Below, in pieces: positions 26,241-38,527 of a DNA stretch of 64,000 bases. Under the pieces are notes generated by a model. That model was not told where the DNA came from, searched no databases, and saw only the letters and a program-made list of their open reading frames with translations. Source of the stretch: Podarcis filfolensis (lineage: Eukaryota). The position numbers and the translations under genes are program-made. Position 1 is the stretch's first letter; the number at the start of each line of letters is the position of its first letter. The stretch lies in NCBI GenBank assembly GCA_964270895.1, contig OZ185440.1. One strand, given 5' to 3'.

Positions 26241-26927
26241 TATATTGTTGTTGTTATTTAAGTTCATTAGATACTTTTTCTTGTCGCAGGCAACTTAAAT
26301 CAACTTTACAAAAAACAAACTATACCATACATTCATTAAAACCAAGAAAAAGTACATTAAAAATATTATTAGGATATGGGCAGAATAAAAATGTAATAAA
26401 TATAGTTGCTTATTTGACTTTATTGTGGTATGTGTCTCTACATTAGGAACAGAGAATTTTCCAGATTCAAGAAGCAGTAAGTCATATTGGAAGGGCTTGT
26501 GGGAGCTGAGAATCAAACCATAAGAAATAGAGTGCCACTAGCAAGTGGGAGGAATGAAAGGGGAATCCAGAGTACTTAGCTTGCAGAGTCATTGAGGGGC
26601 AAGAGGGTCAGGATAATGAAGTAAGGAAACCTAATGAGTGTAATAGGAGAAGGCTGCAGTTGACTTCTCAAAATGCAATGTTGGAGTTCTCTAAGAGCTG
26701 CTTTCTTTATCATGTGCCTGGATATAATGTAATCACACATGAGCCTTAAATCTTTCCCTAGCAGGATATACCACATCTTCAAGGGTTTTTCAACAATTTA
26801 TCTCTGTAATCTGCAAGTTTAATTCTGATTATTGTGGTCTAAGCAGCCACTGAATAGTTAATTGGGAAATGGGCCACTTTCTAAAGAGACTGGGTTTTGT
26901 TTTGATTTTGGGATTAGAATATAATTA

Positions 26928-27167
26928 CAGTGGTACCTCAGGATGCGAACGGGATCCATTCCGGAGCCCCGTTCGCATCCCGAACAGAACATAAGATGCG
27001 CCTGCACGTGTCGCGTTTCGCCGCTTCCGCGCATGCGCGTGACGTCATTTTGACCGTGTGCGCGAGGGGCGAAACCCGGAAGTAATGCACTCCATTACTT
27101 CCTGGTTGCTGCGGAGTGCAACCCGAAAGTGCTCAACCTGAAGCGTATTTATCCCGAGGTATGACTG
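26928..27167. mobile_element. Tc1/mariner MITE, CpG-rich
   Basis: TA-flanked; TIRs cagtggtacctcagg / cccgaggtatgactg. Confidence 0.85.
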
Positions 27168-27843
27168 TAGAGACATTTTCTTTCTGATGTAATGAAAACC
27201 CATCATTTTTTTTAGCCTTAATATACGTTCCATTTGTTCTCCCCCTCATAAGTGAAACAGGCCACTGGTGAGGAGGGAAGAAGTGAGGCTTGGCAAAGGT
27301 CATATGGCGCAAGTATCATTGGTTTCTAAAATGCACTAACAGGAGGAGCATGTAACTAGACATGAAAGCACTCCTGAGCTCAGTTTCTGGCTCTTCTAGT
27401 GACTGAATTGAGTGAACCACAGCCCATTGCTTAAATGCTTTGTCCCTCTGTTTCTCTCGTCTAATAAATTTATCAATACCAATATGAGCCATAAATATGA
27501 TGTTTGGTTTTATAACTACAGGGTTTGTCTTCTTTTTACCCCGTCTCAGTAGGGGGACAAATCCACTGAAGGTTCCAGTTAATGTCTGCTGTTAAAAGCA
27601 TAAATGCCAAGATGTTAGTCCAGGGTTTAAGGTGTACTGAACAGTGCACATACATTGCTGAAACTCCTTCAGGCGAAAATGCATTAGTCTGTGGTGTCCC
27701 CGAGGCATCTTGACTTTACTATGTTCCTTATTGCTACAGTTGTGTGATTCTTCATATTAATAGAAAATTTTCTAGGGCTTGGCGTGTCAATCCGCTTGGT
27801 CGTTGCTACCGATCCTGTCCCAACTGACTCTTGTATCTTCCAG

Positions 27844-27979
27844 TGAGCACAAAGATTCCTCGGAGAAGAAACACAAAGAGAAGGAGAAAACCAAACACAA
27901 AGATGGCAGTTCAGAGAAACACGACAAACACAAAGACAAACACAAAGATAGAGACAAGGAGAAACGAAAGGAAGAAAAG
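27844..27979 (+). CDS. TOP1: DNA topoisomerase I exon 4
   Basis: ttccag|TGAGCAC...GAAAAG|gtacag; EHKDSSEKKHKEKEKTKHKDGSSEKHDKHKDKHKDRDKEKRKEEK. Confidence 0.95.
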
Positions 27980-28534
27980 GTACAGGATGGTGGTGGGGCT
28001 GAATGGCACTGCTTTGGACTGGGCTTTTGTTGTGGATAAAGACGCGAGCAGCTTCACATTTTTGACATTTTTAAGCTGTTTTGCAAGTCAAATCCCACAT
28101 ACAGTTTCAACAGAAACTCAAGGCTATGAGTATAAGAGCCGTGGCATTAGGTGTTAGATGACATCACTATGCGTCTGTTTAAATGGCTGTTGTAAACTTG
28201 TCATAATAAAAGTCATGTTAAACTTCATAGCAGCTACAGGCTGAATTTCAGCACACATTGTGTTCCAAATGAGGAGGGATTCTGTAGGTTACTTGATGCA
28301 GGATATTACAAACATTGCACCAATGCAGGTGCACACCTTAGCCCAGCCTTGACAGACAGAAGAGGGACAGACAGTACCTTGAGAATTTTCCTATCCCATC
28401 TGTTCATGTCTGGGCAAAGTGCATAATTATGCAGTGTAACAGTACAAGCAGAAGCCTTGTCTAAATAAGCTAAGGAGTTGATAGCAAATTCTGCAGTTGT
28501 GGCCAGACAAAAGGAAAAACTTCGGGAGAACATC

Positions 28535-28580
<46 letters not shown>
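28535..28580. repeat. (AGAT)n microsatellite
   Basis: Direct reading. Confidence 0.95.
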
Positions 28581-28581
<1 letters not shown>

Positions 28582-28756
28582 GAAAATAGCAGGACAGAGC
28601 ACGTATTTGGGATTGGCCGGATCCAATAATGCTGAAAGCATTTCTGAGGAATAGCTGGAGGTGCACTTGCTCCTGGTACAAGGGTCTTTTGTCAGTTACA
28701 TTTGAATGCACAGGGAAGATATGACAGTGCTAACCAGCTCTCACTTCTGTTTTCAG

Positions 28757-28812
28757 AGTAAATCATCTGGTGAAGTGAAAATAAAGAAGGAAAAAGAAAA
28801 TGGCTTCTCCAG
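28757..28812 (+). CDS. TOP1: DNA topoisomerase I exon 5
   Basis: tttcag|AGTAAA...TCCAG|gtatg; SKSSGEVKIKKEKENGFS(S); 56 nt; IKKE SUMO motif. Confidence 0.95.
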
Positions 28813-30832
28813 GTATGCAGCTGGGAGCCTTGTGTGAAGAAGACTGTTAGATTTTTAGTTTTGACTTGTACCCAGAAGATGAGTGGAATTTCTCTCAGTG
28901 GGATCCCTGAGAGTTCTGGGATCCTCTTTTCTGTTGGCATAAAGAAAACCTAAAACCAAAGATGGGGAAGCTTTTTTGGTGTTAAAAACCAGTCCAGCTA
29001 TATGGACAGGAATAAGATTGTAAAGGATTCTCTTATGCCCTTCTCTTTTTTAATCCAATGTAGACATAGAACCTTCTTGGCCCTGATAAAGACTCCAAAA
29101 TAACATAAACTTTTAAAGTTCTTCCCTATCAATATCAAACGCTTGGTAGAAGAACTGGGAATTTAGGGTCAAACTAAAGTTGTTCCTCCTGTGCACTGTT
29201 TCTAAAACAGTATTCAAGCATATATAAACTGCTTGATTCATAGTAGAAGAAAGCAAGGACCCCTCTTGGTATTTCTAGGAACTGCAATCTTAAGAATGTA
29301 AAACCCGCTTGTCAGAAAGCCAGCAGCAGTTATGCTCAGCGTAAATACCTCGTGGAACTGACACCAGACTTTTCCACTATCATGCAGCCTGTTTCTAGCA
29401 ATCTCCTGCATTTAGAGGCATGATGCTGGATTGATTTAAAACACAGCCTTTAAAATCTGCAGTGCCTTTGTACTTTAAAATACTAGCATTCCTTGCACAA
29501 GTATTTTACTCTGCTGTCTTTTATTACCAGCTGATCTTATCTGTGTTAGATATTTGAAGTGGAAAGCAGATCAGGCTACATCTTTTTAGAAGAGAGATGG
29601 CACTGCAGAAGGTGACCTCATTGCTTGCAGTGTTTTGGGTTTTGTGGAGTTTGCACTGCACTGAAACATCCAAGCAGACTGCAGCTCTAAGATCTTTTGT
29701 ATTCCACAGAACGCAATCTTCGTTGCAAAATAGCTGCAGAATTTTAGCCTTTGGAAAAAATGTATTTTTAGAGTCAGCTCAATAAATTAGCTTTCAGTGG
29801 CTGAAATGTGGTCTCCTGAGTAGCTTTGTAAAGTGACTTCCATCAAGATGGCTCCTTTAGCAGCATGCATTTGTTCCCCGTAACTGTAGAGGTGTATTTG
29901 CCAGCGCTGCTGAGTTTTTCCAGCTGTGAGATCAGGCAGTGTGCATTAGCATGCTGCTCATTCCTGATAAACCATGATAAGGTAGGAAGTCTGGGTCAAT
30001 GTGATGTTTGAACACAGCCACTTTTTGTTACATTGCTTTATATGCTTTGACCCACCGTGTTTTCACTGGAAGGGCAAGCCACAAATTCTCTTTAAATAAG
30101 AATACCCCCCCCACACACACACACACACCGTACAAAAATGCCATGCATACCTGTAGGTAAAACAAAATAGAACTAGTAATTTATATTATGGAATATCCCA
30201 ATATCCAGTGTGTGGATATTTCAGGGAGAGTAGATTTATTAAAACAAATTTAAAACTTGAATTGTTGTAACTAAAAAGCAATCAAGTAGTTTGAATCTGA
30301 CACATCTTTAACACTTAATACTTGCTAACATCTACAAGTTTGTGTTCAGGGTTTGTAATCCATTGTCTCATTGTTGTAGGATTTTTTCCCTCATTTTTCT
30401 ATGCAGCCTTAATTTAAATCAGAGCTTCCCAAAATGGTACAGCTGGAGGAATATAGAAACATAGTAGGGTATTATGGGGGAGAGTTTGGAGGAAACCATA
30501 CACAGATCAGCTAAGAAGCGGGGAGTTATTTGTATCTCCACCAGGGTGTTGGGATCTACTTTCCAGCATGTTTATTTTAATTTTCTTTTTTGCTGACATC
30601 AATATCTGGAGGGGTTTGGTGGGCAGAACCCCACCAGCCCTGCAATATGGTGTTACATTTTCAGTTTAGCTGAAACTATATGAAAGTCACACATCCTGTT
30701 CAACTCTAAATATGGCAGGGATAATGAGAGAGTTCTCCTCGCGTGGGTTGAAGTGGTAGGTGAAGTCAGGCTACAAGCCGAAGCTTAGTAGTCATGTTCT
30801 TGACTAAATAACTCATTTCTTTTTCTCTCTAG

Positions 30833-30919
30833 CCCACCTCGTATTAAGGAAGAAATGGATGACGATGGCTACTACAAAGAAGACTATAAGCCGCTAAAGA
30901 GACCCCGAGAGGATGATGA
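30833..30919 (+). CDS. TOP1: DNA topoisomerase I exon 6
   Basis: ctctag|CCCACCT...GATGA|gtgagt; PPRIKEEMDDDGYYKEDYKPLKRPREDD. Confidence 0.95.
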
Positions 30920-31956
30920 GTGAGTAGCTTGTGAACATTACCTACAGTGAAAAGTGGGAATAATGGAACATTTGGATCTGTCTATAGGAAGCAACTATAG
31001 TAACTTGCTAAGTCATAACTCAGAGTAGACCCATTGAAATCAATGGATTTAAGGGCTTAAGTTCTTTTGCCCATTCCGGATATCAGTTGTCATTCAGACA
31101 TCATCATGCCACTCAGTGAAAAGTGAATGCTTTTAATTACCCTTGAGGGAGGACCACATTCTGGGGGGTTTACCTTTTTTTCTAATAGCGTAGTTTTTTG
31201 TTTGTTTTCATTTTATGTAAGCGGCCTTGATCTTTTGAAAGGTAGCTGACAAATGCTTTTATAAAACAAAAGAATAATGAGTAAGACAAAATGTTAAGGA
31301 CCGAATGAATAGTGAGTGTTAATAGTGCTTTGTGAACCCCAGCTGTCTTCTATAGTGAATTGCCTTGATCCTGCAAGGAAGATGTTAATACGGAAGCAAC
31401 TGTGGACCTGATGTGTGTATTACAGTGCTCATCTGGATCCCGCTATTCCATCTGGGACCACTAGGTGCCTGGGATTCACACTGGGTCAGGGCCATCATCA
31501 GTCGTCCTACTAGTGTAACCCATTTCTGCTGCAAAGGGAATTTAAACTCCCCCCTCCCCCAGTCCTGCAACAGCAAAGAGAAGAAAAGCGATCAGTGCAA
31601 ATGAGGGGCAACAGTTTGCGTCAAATACAAAAATAGCAGATTTTATTTCTTGATAGTATTCTGCAGCAGCCATGCATAATATGGTGTCAGTGTGTGTGCA
31701 GCACAGGTAGAGAACTGGCATTTGTCTACAGACGCTGGAAAGTAGCTGTATCTGTTCTTACGGAAGGGGCTTCAGGAAACGTATAACTTAAAGTCAAGCA
31801 GCAGGTTTTATCTGAGCTACAAGAATTGGGGTGTTGGTGCTTTTGGAATGCAGGCCATAAGCAGCACAGTGGCAACATTTGTGTGTGGAGGGTGAGAGTA
31901 ATAAAATCCGGAACTGGAAATAAATGATTTGTTTACAATTGTTGGATCTGTTTCAG

Positions 31957-32032
31957 TGTCGACTACAAACCCAAGAAGATCAAAACTGAAGATATAAAAA
32001 AATCAAAGAAGCGGAAACAGGAAGAAGAGGAG
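31957..32032 (+). CDS. TOP1: DNA topoisomerase I exon 7
   Basis: tttcag|TGTCGAC...GAGGAG|gtttg; VDYKPKKIKTEDIKKSKKRKQEEEE; 76 nt. Confidence 0.95.
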
Positions 32033-32598
32033 GTTTGGTTGAATTTATATTTTCTGGATCTCTGGGGTAATAACAGGTTGTGGAGACAACTGTGGAGAAA
32101 GAACACTTTATTTTGCTTAGAATATCCAATTTAGCATTCATCTGAAAACAGTAACCAAAAAAATACACGATGTCTCGATCTAGAGTACATGTTAAGATCA
32201 GTATGTAGAGATCCTGATTTTTGGCTAGATTCATGCAGAGAGCATACTGGTGGCTGGGCTCTGCTCGCCACAAAGTTGCAACTCCTCCTCCATCCTTAGG
32301 CTAAGTGGTCCTCATCTCCTTTTTTCTCTACATAATGCCCTTTCACTTCTCTCTGCCTCCTGTATATGACTTTGCCAATTTGTTTATGTCATACCATGAT
32401 ACACTCTGCATGTTAATTGATAATTCCTTGCCATCGGTAGGAAACTGAATAAGTAGTTTGATTCAGACCAAGGGCCATTTTTGTGAGAAGCAAATTTCAA
32501 ATGGTTTCTTACAAAATTTATTTGTTTTAAAATGTAAGAGTATCTTGTAAAACTACTCCCTGTATAGCGTCTCTCTCTTTAAAAAAATCTCTTTTCAG

Positions 32599-32699
32599 GA
32601 TATCAAACCCAAGAAAATAAAGAGCAAAGATAAGAAGCCTCCTGAAGGAGACATGAAGAAGAAGAAAACAAAAAAAGAAGAGGAGCAGAAATGGAAATG
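32599..32699 (+). CDS. TOP1: DNA topoisomerase I exon 8
   Basis: tttcag|GATATC...AAATG|gtaac; DIKPKKIKSKDKKPPEGDMKKKKTKKEEEQKWK(W). Confidence 0.95.
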
Positions 32700-32903
32700 G
32701 TAACACACCTCTGATATTTCAGCCTGTGGTTGGCTGCTTCCTCTTACATCTGAAAAAATGCTGACTGAAAACTCTTTGTGGTTGGACTTCAAAGCTGCAA
32801 ACAGGATTATCTTCCATTTTAGAGGGAAAAGGAAAACCCCAGTTCGAGCTCTCAACTAGTTAAGGATTATTTAGGTTAATAATTGGGTGGCATGTCTATC
32901 TGG

Positions 32904-32931
32904 TATTAGATGGAACGTATTAGATGGAACG
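32904..32931. repeat. 14-bp tandem duplication (tattagatggaacg x2)
   Basis: Direct reading. Confidence 0.9.
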
Positions 32932-33503
32932 TTTAACGGTAGTTTTTTGTTTTCTGTTAATATCAATTTCACTAGCAGCAAATGTATCACAAAAATTAAG
33001 TGAAGTTTACAACTAGCACTTTGCTGATTTCATAAAGTTATATTTGCTCAGCAAAAATTGCCAGCTAGGAGCAGTGAAAATGTTCATTCAAAAAGCCCTC
33101 TACACTTCACTTAAGTATATTTTTTAAACACTGGCTCACAGCCACTGTTCATTATTCATGATGCTATTGTTCACAGAGCTTCAGTCTATCAAGGATTATT
33201 AGCCCTGTCTCATTTATACCAGTTGCTGGGAATCAGAAGTGTGAACAGTGTTGCTGCAATCTGGTTCTGCTTGTGGGTTTCCCATAGACTGGAACAGGCT
33301 GGTGCTTTTAATCTGATCTAGCAGGGCTCTTATCTTCATTTGTTCTTACAGTTAGCAGTTGCTTAGACTAAGGGAATGTGTCCCTGTTGCTGAGGCAGCC
33401 AGACCAATGGTCCCTTGAATTATACTAGCAAGTGGACCCCCTCAGTCTGCACCTTTTTATCAAGGGATAGAAAACACTGCCTCATCATTTTAGAACAGGT
33501 GAA

Positions 33504-33640
33504 ATCATAGAATCTTAGAACTGGAAAGGGACCTTGAGTGTCATTTTGTTGAATTCCTTGCAATGCAGGAATCTCAACTAAAGCATCCATGACAGATGGC
33601 CTTCCAACTTCTGCTTGAAAACTTCCAAGGAAAGTTTTTG
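33504..33640 (-). mobile_element. CR1 LINE 3' end fragment
   Basis: atcatagaatcttagaactggaaagggacc...tgcaatgcaggaat...gacagatggccttccaacttctgcttgaaaac. Confidence 0.65.
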
Positions 33641-35028
33641 AAACATTCCTATTTCTCAGCCCCGCAAAAAATAGCTTGGCACCTAATTTTAAAGTTGGAC
33701 TCTACTAATTAATCCACTGAAGCTTTAGTTGACGAATCTAACAGTTGAAAGCTTACCTCCTTTGAACCATAATAATACTTTTTGTAGTTCTGCTTATTTT
33801 CTTACCTTCCAAACTAGTATGCCTTTTGCAAGAGAATCAGCCTTTATAAAACTTCATGACTCTTGCTTTTGTGTTAAGAACATACCGCTTAGCCTTCCTT
33901 CAAAACGTTAACCCTTACAGGCTGCAGTCCACAAAAACCAACCTTTTTTAGGCATATGCAGGGATGTAAAGCTAGTCTTTTTCTTTTCTTTTCTAACATT
34001 CCTGAGCATTAGCCTACCTCATACCACAGGGAATTTTAAAAGAAGCCTGTGAAAGCAACTGTCTAGGATTGAAAATTCAAGGCCTTACTCCATGCATGGC
34101 ATCCCTCCATGCTTTTCTGGATCAATTCTGAATTTTGCTTAAAATGGACACAATGCTAACAGTCTCGTAATGGTGTATTGCATTGCAATCCACTTTGTAC
34201 AGCAGTGTGTTTTGAATAACTTTTTGGTGTTTGTTCTTTAGTTCTGTACTTTTGGCTAACCAACTCCCAGTGTTTCGAGATACACTCCTGGGAGAGAGGC
34301 TGTGTCAACAAACTGATTAAGTGAAAACATTCCAGCAGATATTTAAACATACTTTATGGCTTCAAAACCCGAGGATCGTTTTCATTGAGAATTTGTTGGC
34401 AGTTTCAATAGAAAATAGTTCTGATGAAGAGCTTGTGGTATTCACCTTAATTTTCCTTTGCTTTATGCTTCTTGTTTCTGTGTTTCATCATGAAACACAA
34501 TGCCCATTACAATGCAGGACACTCTGTCTTTACTTTTCTGTACTTAAAAATTTAAAGTACGAATGTAAGGAATAGATTTTTTAAAAATGTATTGTAATAT
34601 GTGCACATGTCAGGGAGCCATGATTGGCCATTGCTGCTATGTCTTCCCACCACTGTTTTGCAGCCTAACACCAGCTGATAAATGTCAGAGTTCTAGGGGG
34701 AAAACAAACACATGGCCAAGCAGATATCTCAAGCTTAATGTAGAGTTGTTCATCCATGCTTTCTTGCTGGTTCTTACCATTGCCCACTCCCACCCTTGTA
34801 CCCTGTGGAGCACAGCAGCCACACTTTTGAAGTGATCCTGCTTTCAAATGAAAACTGTTAGCCCACGTTGTCCAGTTAACTCCCAGAAAATTGTAATTAT
34901 TCAGCTGGTGATGCCCCCCCCCACCTCAAGTGGATCTGACAGAGTGAAAGACCAGGGGGTATTGAGGGGGTGGAGAGATGCCAGTTGTTTTAAAAGAAAC
35001 CTGTTTGGTTGGGTTTTAGAGTTTAGGG

Positions 35029-35092
35029 TTTTAGAGGAGTAATGCCAACCTTCTATCAGATTTTAGAGGAGTAATGCCAACCTTCTATCAGA
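35029..35092. repeat. Perfect 32-bp tandem duplication
   Basis: ttttagaggagtaatgccaaccttctatcaga x2. Confidence 0.92.
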
Positions 35093-36579
35093 TAAGTAAT
35101 ATGAGGAATCAAGCTATTATTCTCAGCACTAGTTGTAGTAGTAGATAAAGTCTCTCTGTATTCCCACATAGCCAGAGGTGAAAATGGCTAAGGTCTAAGT
35201 CATAGCAACTCTTTCCAAGTGGTAGAGCTGGTGAAACTAGCATGGAGGTAATTTATGATACTTTGGGCTGCTTCCAATGTTTCTTTTTATCTTTTAGGAT
35301 CTTTCTGTATCCCCATCCAACCACTATTTCTTTTGGAGCTACTTCACACAGTGTGTGATAGCTGCAGGACACCTTAAAAACTGTTGCTAAGAGCTCTTTC
35401 CACACAGTAATAAAGTGGAAGCTAAAAGATCCTCTCCCTTCCTGCCTGGTATACACCATAGAAAAACCTTGAGGAGTATCTCTGCTCTCTGTATGTTTCT
35501 ACACACAATGAAAACAAAACTTTTTTAAAATAGCATCTACCTGCCCTTTACCCAGTGCCTGCTTCTGCTGTAAGATATTATGTGACCTTCAGTTCTGCCG
35601 CTTGAAATACAGATAGACACATAAGTCAGTTGCTAAGTGAATCTAGGAAGAAAGATATGGCTCACTGGTGATATGTTGTGAATCCCTGTACCGGAAATGC
35701 CTATTTCAGGTTTTTCTGTAGAGACATGACAAGTACCTGAGAATTTGAGCCTTTCAGGTTTGGATTTAGTGTTATTGCAGAAAAGTGTCATCCCCTGCTG
35801 CCAGTACAACCCAACAGACTTCTAAGTGGGGATGAGTTTGGCCTGTGCCATTTCTGTACCTCAAGCAACATTAATCATCATTTCCCTCTGCTGACCACAG
35901 GAGAGGTCACTGACCCTAGTGCAGGTTACTCTGGGGATTTCTTCTCCTTGTTGCTTTTACTAACACCCCAAGTGGTGTATACAAGTAAGACATGCATCTA
36001 AACTGACATAAAAAGAATGCTAGCTTCTTTGTGAAGAAGCCTGGAATATACTGTCTTGCTTGTGAGGCGGTCAGAAAGTGCTGGCTGATAAATGCAGACA
36101 TGGGTAATGTGTGTAGCACAATGGGTTGGCTTTCTAGATTAAAATGTAGTAGAAGTTTTGTGTGAATAAATGAAACAACAAAACCCATGTGCCCTGAGGG
36201 AAGGTGGAAATGAAGAAGCCCAGGCAAGGAAGAATATGACCACCAAGTCCTAAGAGAACTGTTGGGGCAGCCCCACCCCAGCCTTCCCTGGGGCTTCTTA
36301 AGAAAGACCTATATCCTCTCAGGGAAGTCAGAGGCAAGGAAGCTGAGAATATTTTGTACCATTTCCTGTTCTAATATGCTAAATTATATTGAGTGTCTTG
36401 GCAGAAAGGCATTATAAAAATGAAAGAAGCAAATGGAGTAAATGAAAGGATGAATTGTTGAATTTGCTGAATTGACTAATTTTAGCATTCATGATGCCCC
36501 ATTTGTAGATTCTGAATCCATATGGCATTTGAATGAGCACGTGTTTCTCTCTCCCACCCTCACCCCCTTTTTTTTAAAG

Positions 36580-36695
36580 GTGGGAGGAAGAGCGCTATCC
36601 TGAAGGTATTAAGTGGAAATTCTTGGAACACAAAGGCCCTGTGTTTGCACCACCATATGAACCTGTGCCTGAAAATGTCAAATTCTACTATGATG
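36580..36695 (+). CDS. TOP1: DNA topoisomerase I exon 9 (start of core domain)
   Basis: ttaaag|GTGGGAG...GATG|gtaag; [38 protein letters not shown]; 116 nt. Confidence 0.98.
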
Positions 36696-37982
36696 GTAAG
36701 CTACTAAAGGCTGGTGTTTGGTGGAGAAATAGGTGTCTTTATAATGAGCATTCATAAGGCAGAAAAAGCCCATACTGGGAGACCTTGTAGGGAGGGTCAT
36801 CCCATGCTGGTAAAATGCGGCTGGTGGTATATATGTTCTCTGGAGGTGGTTGGAATTTCATCTGCACAACCATGCAACCAGTACTGGATTCTGGAGGGTG
36901 CTGAGTACAGGTCTGTCCATCTCCCTTTCCTCCTCCTCCATTCAAGGCTTGTGATGTGACAATCCTTAACCCTCTGGTTCCCGTGTGTGGACAGTGAATT
37001 GTGACTGGTGCAGAGACAGGATACAGTGTTCCCTTGTGCTCCCTGATGTCTGCACAGAAGTGCTGGATCATTCCCAGAGCTGTGAATGCAGTGTCGTTTA
37101 GAAATGTTAAAGCGTTAGTAGCAGGAATGAAAGATACATAATTGCATAGGAAGACACTTGTGAAGTATGCAGTCTTATTAAATGAGGTTTGTTTTGAGAA
37201 AGTGGAATGTATTTCAGTGGTGGGTTCTCACAGTGAAAGTTGTTCAGAGATAATGCTTTTTCCCCTTTCATTTTTTTTAATGACAGTGAGTGCTGTCTGG
37301 TAATAATATTTTCCTTTTATTTTATTTATTTCTCAATATTTTATTTCTCAAGTCTTACCCAGTACTGTTGTTTTTGGCAGCGGGATTCCTCATGTGCAGC
37401 TGATGTGCATTCATTGCCTACATGCATCTTTCCAGTTAGAATGCAAGGCATGTTCTCATTGAGGGCCACTTCTAGTTCTGTCTTGCTAAAGCTGGTTGAG
37501 GGTCCTTTGCTTCCAGAGCAAAGTATTGCCACTTAACATACTGTCCCTGCCCAATGACCAAAGGTCAATTCAGAGATTATCCATATCTTCTTCCTACCCT
37601 ATCCCTGTTGAATTTCCTGGTTCTGACTCATCTGTAATGACTGTTGGAACCTTTCCAGTGTTTGAGAGATTAAATTTACTGAAAAGGAGGTTGACATGAC
37701 TATTTATGCTGGCTCCGGAGATTGGTGCCATCATTATAAACTACCTTTTCAAGTTCCTTTAAAATATGAAATGTGAGAGGGATTAATTGGCCCATATGAG
37801 GTAGTTGAAAGCTTATGGCATCTATGCCCAAGTAATCTCCCCAAGGAAGTTTGTGAGCAATTTAAATTAACTTGATATTTATATTTTCAGGGGAATAAAC
37901 ACCTCTGGCCCTATCACAGTGAAATCAGTTGAATGCAGTTTGACCAAGCTGCCACTAATGTATAAAATTCCCAGATGGTTTA

Positions 37983-38527
37983 CTGTATTTTTCGCCCTAT
38001 AGGACGCACTTTTTCCCCTCCAAAAATGAAGGGGAAATCTGTGTGCATTCTATGGGGTGAATACAGGCTTTCGCTGAAGCTTGGAGAGCGAGAGGGGTCG
38101 GTGTGCACCGACCCCTCTCGCTCTCCAGGCTTCAGGAAGCTATCAGCAAGCCTGGGGAGCCGGCGGGAGTTCCCGCAGGGCTCCCTAGGCTGCGGATAGC
38201 AGCCTGCCGTCCGGCACGCGTGGCGCCCTGAAGCAGAGCGCCCCGCACGCTGGGCAGACATTAGCCAGCCCCACAAGCTCGGGGGACAGCGGGGAGGCGC
38301 AGCGCCGCCATCCCGCTGTTCCTCGACCTGGTTTGGAGGCTGGCGCTGGGGAGAAGCGCGCTTCTCCCCAGCGCCAGCCCCACAAGCTCGGGGGACAGCG
38401 GGGAGGCAGAGCGCCACCATACCGCTGTTCCCCAACCTGGTTTTGGGGGGGGAAATAAAGGGAATTTTTTTCCTTTATTTCCCCCCCCCAAAAAAACTAG
38501 GTGCCTCTTATGGGACGAAAAATACGG
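37983..38527. mobile_element. Tc1/mariner-family non-autonomous element, GC-rich, with internal palindromes and tandem duplication
   Basis: TA-flanked; TIRs ctgtatttttcgccctataggacgcac / gtgcctcttatgggacgaaaaatacgg. Confidence 0.88.
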
